Shown: positions 1 to 8,843 of the stretch, piece after piece
How positions within the stretch are numbered: the first letter of the stretch is position 1
Layout: every line of letters starts with the position of its first letter
Virus record (IMG/VR): IMGVR_UViG_3300043395_003775
Span: 1 to 27,326 of that record
Length of the DNA: 27,326 bases
From: a virus
Lineage: Duplodnaviria > Caudoviricetes
Reading direction: 5' to 3' (one strand)
Program-made: the position numbers and the translations under genes
Notes under the pieces: model-generated
What the model was told of the DNA's origin: nothing
What the model saw: only the letters and a program-made list of their open reading frames with translations
Database searches by the model: none

Positions 1-8
1 AATTAATT

Positions 9-200
9 TTAAGTATTTTCAAAATTAATTTTATTCATTTCTTGGATTGATAATCTTTCCATTTTCCATTCTAACCAAACATCCATGTCTTTAAGTTGTT
101 CCAAGGTGTTTTCATGAATCAGAATGAATCCTTCGGGTGCAACACCTTCAAATTTTGAAATGGTTCCTTTTTCTTCCAAAACTTTTTTGATGTCTATCAT
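9..200 (-). CDS. hypothetical protein (63 aa)
   Basis: ORF with ATG start, preceded by a complete TTTG-N20-TAAATTTG promoter; no recognisable motif. Confidence 0.7.
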   Translation of the reverse strand: MIDIKKVLEEKGTISKFEGVAPEGFILIHENTLEQLKDMDVWLEWKMERLSIQEMNKINFENT

Positions 201-204
201 GGTA

Positions 205-236
205 CAAATTTAATTAATTTATTTTTCATAACCAAA
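205..236 (-). promoter_or_regulatory. Bacteroidota sigma70-type promoter (-33 TTTG / -7 TAnnTTTG)
   Basis: Minus strand TTTG (236-233), 20-nt spacer, TAAATTTG (212-205), 4 nt before the ATG at 200. Confidence 0.7.
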
Positions 237-824
237 GAGGTCAAATTGGTTTTTCATGAAATTGTAAATTAGTTCTTTGTTCTTATCGGTAAGAAATTTA
301 TTCTTATCAACTTTGAAACGGGTTTCGTTTATTTTTTTATATATAACTTCTTTGAGTATTCCTGAAGAATTTAATTTTGAATCAACAACAAAAGGTATTT
401 TCATGTAATCTTCGAATAAAGTTTCCAAGTGAATGACGTAAGTTGGTTTTATGTGGTCAGGCATAACATACATCGGGTTATTATTTTCTATTGATTTTGT
501 TATATGTAAATCAAAATCTTCAACAGTGGGCAATTCATTTTTTGTCCATGTGAAAAGAAATCTAGATAAAACTCTATCATATGGATTTCTTGCGGTAATA
601 ATAATTTCAGGATTCTCTACTTCTGTTGGAATGTAATAACTATGAACCATTGATAGAGCAGGATTCGCAAATTCGCTATATTCATTGTTTTCATATAAAT
701 TTCTTGTGTAAGTAAAAAAATCGAAATAAGTGAATATCCACGAAGCCGTAACACTACCTGTTTTCATGGGTAGAATTAGATAGAAATTGTATGTTTTAGA
801 ATATATATAATTTTCCCACCTCAT
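219..824 (-). CDS. sulfotransferase family protein (Sulfotransfer_2-like)
   Basis: PAPS 5'-phosphosulfate loop-like LPMKTGSVT, 3'-phosphate motif RNPYDRVLS, IHLETLFED and C-terminal DLFGY. Confidence 0.75.
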   Translation of the reverse strand: MRWENYIYSKTYNFYLILPMKTGSVTASWIFTYFDFFTYTRNLYENNEYSEFANPALSMVHSYYIPTEVENPEIIITARNPYDRVLSRFLFTWTKNELPTVEDFDLHITKSIENNNPMYVMPDHIKPTYVIHLETLFEDYMKIPFVVDSKLNSSGILKEVIYKKINETRFKVDKNKFLTDKNKELIYNFMKNQFDLFGYEK

Positions 825-883
825 ATTTATATCTATATAATTTTAGTCGAAAGACATAAATTTTAAACCCCAATATATGGACG

Positions 884-1108
884 ATGCAAATAAACAGGGA
901 AACGTGGCAGAAAACTCTAAGAGAAAATCTGTCTCAAATTTTTTTAATGCTCGCACTGTTTTTCAATCCTTTTGGATTCGATGCCGTTCAGTATTCTTTA
1001 ATTCTGTGGACAGGAAGTTTATGGAGAGCGAACTTCGTTTTGTATTGTGTTGCGGGCTTATTCTTTGGTTTATACTTTTACTTTCGAAAATTATCTAAAG
1101 AGCCTTGA
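884..1108 (+). CDS. small membrane protein with about 2 hydrophobic segments and a basic C-terminus
   Basis: IFLMLALFFNPFGFD and FVLYCVAGLFFGLYFYF followed by RKLSK; TATTTATA motif at 824-831 upstream. Confidence 0.6.
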   Translation: MQINRETWQKTLRENLSQIFLMLALFFNPFGFDAVQYSLILWTGSLWRANFVLYCVAGLFFGLYFYFRKLSKEP

Positions 1109-2573
1109 GTTTTCCTTCTTTGAAGGCTTGGAAGTTTGGTCCTTTTATCAATAAGAAATCTTTTCCGACTTTTCTATAACCCAAAATACCTGCGTTTTTG
1201 GCTGCTGCGAAAAATGAAGAATGTTGACCTCTAAGGTCACGGGGTTTCATTATAAATCCGTCTTTTGTTCTTTTATACATTGTCTTACCATCTTTGGTAA
1301 TTTTGTCCAAAAATCCTATATCGGTAAGGAAATCAAGTTTGGTTCCTATTTTACCTGATTCCAAAAACTTCACAAGTTTTTCAATCCACCCTTTTTTCCT
1401 ACCGAACGTATATCCATATGAAGGTCTAAAGAAACTTGATGTACCAACAATCTTCTCGCGAAGTTGGGTATTTTCTCTAACTTTATCTAAACACTTACTC
1501 GAAATGTAAGACCTGACTGCCTCTGCAGTACTTTTTATTGTGTCCATTATTTTGAACTTTACATCGATTCCAAAATCTTCCAAACCCAAATCAATAAAAT
1601 AGTCTTCCTCGATGTGATTGTCTTTACCCATAAAACCAATACTCGCTTCAAAATATTCTTTGTTAGTTGATTTGAAAGTCACAAAAACCTGATATTCGTC
1701 AATTAGAACGTTGTCTAATATTACTGCCAAACCTGCTTCAGCGTGTCCTGGACCCAAATCGTTTATGGTCTGAAAACCTTCGATGACCACACTCAACTCT
1801 GATTCAGTTCCAAATAGTTTTTCATCACTTCTTTTTGTTACACCAAATGAATTAAAAATTTCATTCAAATGTTTTTCTTCTGCTGATGCCCTGAAAGTTT
1901 TATAATTTTCTTCTATTGCATCTATAATTTCAGGGAATGCGTATTTGAAAACTGAAGTTTCCCTGTCGTTCATTCCGTTATCTTTACTATCCCAAAATCT
2001 TGGATAACCTGAATTATCAAAATGAATTGCGATTTTTGAATAATCTTTGTTTGTGGAATTTGCTTTATTGATTACATAGTATAAAGCCTGACTTCCTGAC
2101 GTGTATCTCTGAAAATGGTCAGGTGATTGTGCAGTCGTACACCATTTTGTGTTTGAACCGTACTTACAAGAAGCAGCATGAGAAATTGGTTTAACAACCA
2201 AAAATTTATCGTCTTCGTAAATCTTTTCTACCTGATTTTCTAATTCTTTATTTTTCTTCTTTCTCCTGGCGAATTCAACTACTTTTTCTAACTCATTAAG
2301 AGAAACGTATTGATTGATATCTTTTTTGGGAAATTGGGATTGGTATCTATCAAAATCTTTGATGAGCTCCACAAGTTTCTCCAATTCATTTAAATCTAAT
2401 TCACCATCTCCATCTGTATTTTTCAATACAAAGTCAGTGTACTTGTGATTGAAATCTTGTAAATCAGAAATATTCAAAATATAATCTAAATCCTCATCAT
2501 TGAATTTAGTAGAATACTTTTTCTTTAAGTCTTCTTTTCGACCTTCTTTAAGTAAAATTGAGAGAAACTTCAT
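1095..2573 (-). CDS. phage protein with PcfJ-like SCxYGxxTKWCT domain
   Basis: Long ORF; motif ASCKYGSNTKWCT...LYYVINK...KIAI...FWDSKD; TATTTATA 4 nt upstream of the ATG. Confidence 0.6.
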   Translation of the reverse strand: MKFLSILLKEGRKEDLKKKYSTKFNDEDLDYILNISDLQDFNHKYTDFVLKNTDGDGELDLNELEKLVELIKDFDRYQSQFPKKDINQYVSLNELEKVVEFARRKKKNKELENQVEKIYEDDKFLVVKPISHAASCKYGSNTKWCTTAQSPDHFQRYTSGSQALYYVINKANSTNKDYSKIAIHFDNSGYPRFWDSKDNGMNDRETSVFKYAFPEIIDAIEENYKTFRASAEEKHLNEIFNSFGVTKRSDEKLFGTESELSVVIEGFQTINDLGPGHAEAGLAVILDNVLIDEYQVFVTFKSTNKEYFEASIGFMGKDNHIEEDYFIDLGLEDFGIDVKFKIMDTIKSTAEAVRSYISSKCLDKVRENTQLREKIVGTSSFFRPSYGYTFGRKKGWIEKLVKFLESGKIGTKLDFLTDIGFLDKITKDGKTMYKRTKDGFIMKPRDLRGQHSSFFAAAKNAGILGYRKVGKDFLLIKGPNFQAFKEGKLKAL

Positions 2574-2589
2574 ATGGTATAAATACCAA

Positions 2590-2940
2590 TTATTTCCAAA
2601 ACAATTGGATAAGTAAGATTGCTAAACTAAGAACCAAACATACGATAGTTTTGAGAGACAATGGTTCTTTTAACATAATCCAAGCCATAATCGAAAAAAT
2701 CAAAACTCCTATAGAGAATCCGATTATTCGATTTGGCCAAGTTTGACCATCGTATAGATTTACCATTTCTCTACTTGCAAGAATAACCAAATAACCAATA
2801 GGAACACCAATCAAAGACATTAAGAATGGATGTTCTTTAATCCATTTATTCCACAGGTGACCTTGTAATTGATAGAATGTAAAAATTTGTGAAAACGTAT
2901 AAACAAAGAATATAAAAAATATTGAACCGAATTTACTCAT
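2590..2940 (-). CDS. small 4-TM membrane protein, DMT/SMR-like
   Basis: Four hydrophobic segments in 116 aa; C-terminal LKEPLSLKTIVCLVL resembles DMT superfamily members. Confidence 0.55.
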   Translation of the reverse strand: MSKFGSIFFIFFVYTFSQIFTFYQLQGHLWNKWIKEHPFLMSLIGVPIGYLVILASREMVNLYDGQTWPNRIIGFSIGVLIFSIMAWIMLKEPLSLKTIVCLVLSLAILLIQLFWK

Positions 2941-2966
2941 GTCTGAAATATAGGAAAAATAAAATA

Positions 2967-2996
2967 ATAAAAAACCCCCATCCGAAGATGAGGGTT
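2967..2996 (-). terminator. Rho-independent terminator after the TonB-dependent receptor gene
   Basis: Minus strand AACCCTCATC-TTCG-GATGGGGGTT followed by a T-tract (cUUCGg tetraloop). Confidence 0.85.
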
Positions 2997-3017
2997 AATT
3001 AATTTTATTGATAGAAT

Positions 3018-6000
3018 TTATCTACCAAAAATATATCTCAATCCAAGTTGAGCTTGCCATACGTCAAATACAGATGAGTTCCACTGATAAGTGTCTTTGA
3101 TAAGACCTACAGTAGTTGTACCATTTGCATTTAACACTGGTTGTGTTGATAATCTGTAAACAGGTTCACCAGCTGTGTTAGTTGATGAGTAACTGAGAAT
3201 TGCTGGGTTTGTAGCTCTTTGAGACACACCCCAATCAGAATTAACCATATTACCAAAGTTCAAGATGTCCAATCTTAGTTGAAATGTATTTCTTTGACCT
3301 TTGATATCTACGAAGAAATCTTGTTGTACAGAGATATCAAATCTGTGTAACATAGGGATTACTGAAGCGTTTCTTTCAGCGTATTGACCTCTTCTTGTTG
3401 AAAGATATTTGTCTTGGTCAATGTAAGCATCAAACGCCGCTTGTTGTTGTGCTTCTGTGAATGTAACTCCACCTGAAGTGAATGGTGCAAATTTAATATC
3501 AGAACCTTTGTTTGGAACAAAGATAAGTTCGTTGTTATTAACTCTATCACCATTAAGGTCACCTGCCACAAAATAACTAAATGGATTACCTTGTTGACCA
3601 ACATAACCTAATGTGATTGTTGTCGCACCTGCACCTTTCTTAGCACCGTTTTCTAACTTGTAACCAACAAGTCCTACGACTCTGTTTGGAATCCAGTTAT
3701 CAGCGAATGATAAAGGTAAATCATTGTTACCGTTGATTGCTCTTGCTGACTGCCAAGAACCTGAAGCGATTGAACCAGCACTCATATAATCTTTAGAAAG
3801 TGAGGTAGTCCAAGCTAATGAACCCCATAATCCTTTCTGAGCTGGGTATTTTAATTCGAAGGTTGCTGAAGTGTTGTAAGCACCTTCTTTGTTTGTTAAT
3901 ACCGCGCCCATTGAAACGTTATCATTTACTCTAACACCTGCATCATTTCTTGCGAATACAGCTCTTTTATCAGGACCATTAAAAACTCCTACAGGAGCGT
4001 CAAGGTTTGCGTTATAGTAATGAACTGCGTTAAGGAATCTGTTGTACATAAGTTCTACTGTTCCTACAAAACCTAAAGGTAACTTCTTATCTGCAGCTAA
4101 GTTTGTTTTCCATACTTGTGGAAATTTGTAGTTAGGGTCAGTGAAAGCTAAGTCAAATGTAGAGGGTAATGTTGGAGTTTGAGGAATAAAATATTGATTA
4201 GGATTAGCAGTGAAACCGTAGTTTGCTGCTGCCGCACCTGATACATCAATAAACCCTGTTAGAACACCATTGTTACCCACTTGGTTTGAAACGAATACAT
4301 AAGGAGGTCTACCTGTGAATACACCTGAACCACCTCTTACTTGTAAATCGTTTTTACCCTTGTGATTGTAATTGAAACCAATTCTTGGTTCGAACAACAC
4401 TTGAGTCTTTGGAAGAACAGCGGTGTTGAATTTTTCACCACCAGCAAAAGTCATTGCAGTTACTGCTTTGTTTTCTAATGCTGTGTTTTCAAAACCAATA
4501 ACAGCGACTCTAAGACCGCCAGTAATTTTTAAATTCTCATTGTGTTGATACTCATCTTGAGCGTAAACATCAAGACGTGATGTTTCCAAAACCTGCATTG
4601 GTGCAATACCACCAGGTAAAGCTGAATATCTTAACTGAAATCTTGCAGGAGCAAGAGTTGATGGTCTTCCACCGTTAGCAACTGATTGACTTGCCGCTGT
4701 ATAGAAATCACTAAGAGAATTAAAGATGTAAACACCATTAGATGCTGGATAAAACAAGTTGTTAGAACGATATTTTTCAAAGTTAACACCTCCAACTATT
4801 GTGTGCTTATCCAAAAATTTGGTTAAGTTATTAGTTATGTGGAAGGTGTTATAGTCCAACTTGTTTGATGGAGTAAATGGGTCAAAACCTACAGAAGCGT
4901 AAGTTGCGGTACCATTCATGATATCAATAGTTGGAAACATATTCGAAAGATATGCTCTATCCTCAATTTGAACATCATAACCAACAATCAAGTTGTTGTG
5001 TAATGTGTTTGAGAACTTACTGTTGAGTTCTAATACAGAGGAACGAGTGTTATCTTGAATAATATAACCACTGTTCTTGAAACTCATTGAATTGAACTGA
5101 GTGGTTCTGTTACCAGCACCTGCTGATTGTGAGTTTGAGATATTAATCTCAGCCGATGAATTGTGATGTACATAACGACCAGTCAATTTGTGTTTGTCGT
5201 TAATGTTCCAATCCAATCTTACTAAGAATTTCTCAGAAGTGTTTGCGTTATTATAATTTTCCCATGGACCTGTTTCGTAGTTGAAATTTGTTCTCATAAA
5301 ATCTGATAGAGTTTTCATGTCTGAATAAAGTACTCTTGAGATTTGAGAACCTGCCAAAGGTGAGCCTTGAGAAATCCAAGTAGTTCCTGGTTCGGTTTTC
5401 TCCAAACTTTCGTAGTTACCAAAAATGAATAATTTGTTTTTGATAATTGGAGCACCCAATCTGAAACCTTTAATTGACTCTTCGAATTTTGAAGCAGTCA
5501 CTGTTGTTCCCTTAGCATTGTTACCTACGTAACGTTGATTGTCTCTGTTGAATTGATAATAAGAACCCTCAACTTTGTTTGAACCACTTCTTGTTACCGC
5601 GTTGATACCAGCACCAACAAAACCACTTTGACGAATGTCGAAAGGAGCTACGTTGATTTGAAGTTGGTCAATCGCATCCAAAGAAATAGCACTTGAACCT
5701 GTTCTACCACCCGCTTGAGCTGATGAACCAAGTCCAAAACCATTATTAAATTGAGAACCGTCAATAGTGAAATTATTCAATCTACTATCCGCTCCACCAA
5801 ACGAACGACCATCACCCATTGGATTGTACTTGGTGATTCCGTCGATTGTTCTTGCACCTGTAATGGGAACTGAAGTTAATTCTCTTCTACCAAACTGCTG
5901 AGACGCACCAGTTCTGTCGATACTGAAAGTGTTGTTTCTATTGAAACTAACAACAACTTCCTGTAGAGACTTGATATCTTCAATCAAAATAACCTCCAAA

Positions 6001-6305
6001 GTAGTTGTAATACCCAAAGAGGTGTTGATATCAGATAGTTCCTTCATTTTGTAACCCACAAAAGATACATGGACTACATAAGGACCACCAGGTCTAACAG
6101 CGGGGATGGTGAAGTTACCAACTTTGTTTGTGGTTGAACGATATTCAGAACCCGTAGGTTGGTGAACAACGTGAACCGACGCTCCCACTAAAGCATCTCC
6201 TTTTTCATTTTTCACAACACCAGACAGGGCAGATGTAGTTATTTGCCCGAAAGATGTTAGAGTCACTAACAAGGATAAAAGCGACGCGAAAATTGCTTTT
6301 TTCAT
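3018..6305 (-). CDS. TonB-dependent outer-membrane receptor, Oar-like, with N-terminal carboxypeptidase-regulatory-like domain
   Basis: Signal peptide MKKAIFASLLSLLVTLTSFG|Q; GEY/GNFTIPAVRPGGPY beta-sandwich; plug motifs NNFTIDG, ISLDAI, GAGINAVTRSG; barrel motifs PRIGFNY and RGGSGVFTG; C-terminal QLGLRYIF beta-signal. Confidence 0.9.
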   Translation of the reverse strand: MKKAIFASLLSLLVTLTSFGQITTSALSGVVKNEKGDALVGASVHVVHQPTGSEYRSTTNKVGNFTIPAVRPGGPYVVHVSFVGYKMKELSDINTSLGITTTLEVILIEDIKSLQEVVVSFNRNNTFSIDRTGASQQFGRRELTSVPITGARTIDGITKYNPMGDGRSFGGADSRLNNFTIDGSQFNNGFGLGSSAQAGGRTGSSAISLDAIDQLQINVAPFDIRQSGFVGAGINAVTRSGSNKVEGSYYQFNRDNQRYVGNNAKGTTVTASKFEESIKGFRLGAPIIKNKLFIFGNYESLEKTEPGTTWISQGSPLAGSQISRVLYSDMKTLSDFMRTNFNYETGPWENYNNANTSEKFLVRLDWNINDKHKLTGRYVHHNSSAEINISNSQSAGAGNRTTQFNSMSFKNSGYIIQDNTRSSVLELNSKFSNTLHNNLIVGYDVQIEDRAYLSNMFPTIDIMNGTATYASVGFDPFTPSNKLDYNTFHITNNLTKFLDKHTIVGGVNFEKYRSNNLFYPASNGVYIFNSLSDFYTAASQSVANGGRPSTLAPARFQLRYSALPGGIAPMQVLETSRLDVYAQDEYQHNENLKITGGLRVAVIGFENTALENKAVTAMTFAGGEKFNTAVLPKTQVLFEPRIGFNYNHKGKNDLQVRGGSGVFTGRPPYVFVSNQVGNNGVLTGFIDVSGAAAANYGFTANPNQYFIPQTPTLPSTFDLAFTDPNYKFPQVWKTNLAADKKLPLGFVGTVELMYNRFLNAVHYYNANLDAPVGVFNGPDKRAVFARNDAGVRVNDNVSMGAVLTNKEGAYNTSATFELKYPAQKGLWGSLAWTTSLSKDYMSAGSIASGSWQSARAINGNNDLPLSFADNWIPNRVVGLVGYKLENGAKKGAGATTITLGYVGQQGNPFSYFVAGDLNGDRVNNNELIFVPNKGSDIKFAPFTSGGVTFTEAQQQAAFDAYIDQDKYLSTRRGQYAERNASVIPMLHRFDISVQQDFFVDIKGQRNTFQLRLDILNFGNMVNSDWGVSQRATNPAILSYSSTNTAGEPVYRLSTQPVLNANGTTTVGLIKDTYQWNSSVFDVWQAQLGLRYIFGR

Positions 6306-6333
6306 GTTTTTGTTTGTTTATTGGTTTATAAAT

Positions 6334-6369
6334 AAAAAAATCCCGAGGGGTATGAGCCGACGGGACTTT
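6334..6369 (-). terminator. terminator-like hairpin just upstream of the receptor start codon
   Basis: Minus strand AAAGTCCCG-N15-CGGGATTTT running into a T-tract, about 30 nt upstream of the ATG at 6305. Confidence 0.6.
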
Positions 6370-6495
6370 GCTATTCGCGAAATTAAGTTCGTGTTTAGGT
6401 AATAAAAATTTTTCATAAAATTTCTCTCCAAAAAATAAGTATTCATTGACTCACACAAAACATTAAAAGTATATTAAGAAATCTTCAACAAGTCA

Positions 6496-6525
6496 AACAA
6501 AAAACCCCAAGTTGGACTTGGGGTT
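6496..6525 (-). terminator. Rho-independent terminator of tmRNA
   Basis: AACCCCAAGT-CCA-ACTTGGGGTT followed by a T-tract immediately after the CCA end. Confidence 0.85.
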
Positions 6526-6529
6526 AATC

Positions 6530-6922
6530 TGGTGGAGAAGACGGGATTCGAACCCGTGTCTTGTTCGCGACAACTATAAATGACTACACGTTTATTACAA
6601 CATTGGTTCTCAATGTTCCGAAATATTAGGTTTGATATTTGTGAGAAACCCACCTACAAACAACTTGGTCTCAGAATTATTTTAAACGAGCTCTGACCTG
6701 TGACCCGTATATTGGACTTCTGTTCCTAGGTTAATGTCCTAACCGACCCGAATAGTTGTGTCTTTATTAAGCAACAACTGTAGCTTCTTCAGCGATTAAA
6801 CCGATAGCAGCCATTTTAGCAAAAGTATTGCCGTTTGTGTTTCAAATCAGTTTTTAAGGAGTTAATTCAGCTCCTACGTGCCACTTATAATTACACACGC
6901 CAATCAATGCCATGTCTTCCCC
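6530..6922 (-). ncRNA. ssrA: tmRNA (one-piece, 393 nt)
   Basis: 5' GGGGAAG pairs with 3' CTTCTCC-A-CCA, including the G3:U alanine identity pair; T-arm ACGGG-TTCGAAT-CCCGT; helix 2 TAATTATAAGTGGC/GTCATTTATAGTTG; internal tag frame 6832-6770 ending TAA TAA; no anticodon arm. Confidence 0.93.
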
Positions 6923-6942
6923 AATGATTTCAATGAACAGTG

Positions 6943-6973
6943 CAAATATAGGTATAAATATTTACCAAACCAA
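6943..6973 (-). promoter_or_regulatory. overlapping tmRNA promoters: host-type TTG-N20-TATATTTG and phage TATTTATA (6953-6960)
   Basis: Both motifs lie on the minus strand 20-50 nt upstream of the tmRNA 5' end. Confidence 0.6.
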
Positions 6974-7735
6974 CTACCAATCAAATAAATGATGAAAATT
7001 GGGCTTGAACATTGGAAAAATTGAATCATTCTTATCAACTTGAACGATTCCTAATCCCAAGTATTTCCCATTCATTTCATATTGGTCAACAAATTCATAT
7101 GTTTTGGAATGATTTTTCTTTATTTGATTCCAAGCAATTCTTGCCCCTCTTGTATTAACATTGGCTATGTCGTGGAACATTATAAATTTAGCACCCAACA
7201 TAAGAGATAGAAAGTAATCTCTCATGATACAGTGGTAGGCGTGGCAAGCGTCTATAAAAACCAAATCAATTTTTTTCTGAGGTAATAGATTATCCCCACC
7301 TTCTAAATTAACGAAAAAGAACGGACTTGTCGATTCCATTTGATGATACCAAAATTTATTTTTTCTAAATTTCGTTTGATATGAATGTAAAATATCAGAG
7401 GCTGGAATGATATCTAAACAGTGAGATTCTAATAAAGGATTATATTTCATTAATAATTCATTCATCAAAATAAAGGTTCCACCCCATCTAACACCTATTT
7501 CTAAATAAGAAGATATATCTTTATCTTTGAAAAACGTTAATACTTTACTGAATTGATTTGGGTATTGCCAAAATTTTATACCCCAACCGAAATAAGGTTC
7601 GAATATTTTTGGCATCTCATCCAAACTTTCATCATTCATTCCAAATGTTGGAAGGATTTCTTCGATTTCAGTTTGAGTGGCGCTTTTGAAATCAAAATCC
7701 TGAACCGAGATTATTGCTTCATCAATTGTTTTCAT
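6974..7735 (-). CDS. class I SAM-dependent methyltransferase (Methyltransf_24-like)
   Basis: Motif I YLEIGVRWGG, DLVFIDACHAY and FHDI. Confidence 0.8.
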   Translation of the reverse strand: MKTIDEAIISVQDFDFKSATQTEIEEILPTFGMNDESLDEMPKIFEPYFGWGIKFWQYPNQFSKVLTFFKDKDISSYLEIGVRWGGTFILMNELLMKYNPLLESHCLDIIPASDILHSYQTKFRKNKFWYHQMESTSPFFFVNLEGGDNLLPQKKIDLVFIDACHAYHCIMRDYFLSLMLGAKFIMFHDIANVNTRGARIAWNQIKKNHSKTYEFVDQYEMNGKYLGLGIVQVDKNDSIFPMFKPNFHHLFDW

Positions 7736-7776
7736 CCGAATAAAGATAATAAAACAAAAGTATTTATCTATACGAT

Positions 7777-8820
7777 ATGGAATTAGGTGATTCTTTTTAT
7801 GGATTGAGAAATTTTGTTAAAGGTAGAATTTCCAAATATGAATTGGAGGGTATTGACCCTGCAATTGATAGAATAAGTTTGAATTCTACAAATCCAGCAC
7901 AATCCACTGTAATACTTAACTTCGAATCATTCGAGAAATTAGGTAAAATGATAGGATTAAGTGATGATGATATTTGGTTTTATCAAATGGTTACATCACC
8001 ATATCAACAATATGAGGCATATGATTTTTACACAGCCGACGATGATTGGAAACAAGGTTACGGTGCGTGGTATGATATTAGTCCTGAAAATATGGAGTTG
8101 ATGGAAAAAATTGCCAAATATTATTTTAATACCGTTATTGATTGGAATGATAATGATAGTATGGGAGAGTTTGGCGCAAAATTGGACAAATATTTTCCAA
8201 AAAGTGTTACTAATATTGTTCAAGATTGGACACACGAAAAAAATAGAGAAATGAATCATGTTGCTCGTGAACATGTAGAAAATGAACTTGATAATTTCTT
8301 GAAAAATTATGGATTGGATTTATATAATGGTGATAGTATCAAAACTACCGTTGCTGATTTGATTGGTCTATACCTACAATTTGGAGTACCACATCTATCT
8401 TTAACCAAACTTTTCAAAGAAGTTTTCAAAGACTCTAATAGAACAATAGGAGGTTGGGATGAAGACAGGTACGAATATCAAGATGATGAACATTTTGATA
8501 AAGACTCTTATAATAGAACAGTGGAAAGAGAATTAGAAGATATACTTGAGGAACTTGAAGAAAAGGAGGATGGGAACTCACTTCAAGACTTTGTAAAAAT
8601 GGTTGATAAAGTATCGAACAAATATAAAATAAATGTTTGGTATGATTTACCAAAAGATGATAAAGTCATTTTTAAGATTAGAGGGTTTGATAGAAAAGAT
8701 GGAAAAATTGATGTAAGTTTGAAAAGAAGGGGAACTAATGATTTCAAAGATTTTGCTGTTACCGAAGAAACTTTTTATAGATTACTATACCAACCAGAGT
8801 TATTTCGTTTGGAATTTTAA
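7777..8820 (+). CDS. hypothetical acidic phage protein (347 aa)
   Basis: Long ORF with TATTTATC at 7761-7768; no recognised domain. Confidence 0.75.
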   Translation: MELGDSFYGLRNFVKGRISKYELEGIDPAIDRISLNSTNPAQSTVILNFESFEKLGKMIGLSDDDIWFYQMVTSPYQQYEAYDFYTADDDWKQGYGAWYDISPENMELMEKIAKYYFNTVIDWNDNDSMGEFGAKLDKYFPKSVTNIVQDWTHEKNREMNHVAREHVENELDNFLKNYGLDLYNGDSIKTTVADLIGLYLQFGVPHLSLTKLFKEVFKDSNRTIGGWDEDRYEYQDDEHFDKDSYNRTVERELEDILEELEEKEDGNSLQDFVKMVDKVSNKYKINVWYDLPKDDKVIFKIRGFDRKDGKIDVSLKRRGTNDFKDFAVTEETFYRLLYQPELFRLEF

Positions 8821-8839
8821 GGAATAATTCGTACTTTTG
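8808..8839 (+). promoter_or_regulatory. Bacteroidota sigma70-type promoter
   Basis: TTTG (8808-8811), 20-nt spacer, TACTTTTG (8832-8839), 4 nt before the ATG at 8844. Confidence 0.7.
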
Positions 8840-8843
8840 TTTA

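Noticed and set aside
877-1098. Alternative 73-aa ORF overlapping 884-1108
   Set aside because: Same-strand alternative frame; the 884 frame gives a more coherent membrane protein, though this cannot be fully settled
884-1108. Holin call
   Set aside because: Topology is compatible, but there is no adjacent endolysin or recognisable holin family motif
6530-6562. tRNA gene or attachment-site tRNA fragment
   Set aside because: The T-arm and CCA pair with a 5' end about 390 nt away and enclose a tag frame, so this is the tmRNA 3' end; there is no anticodon arm and no duplicate copy in the window
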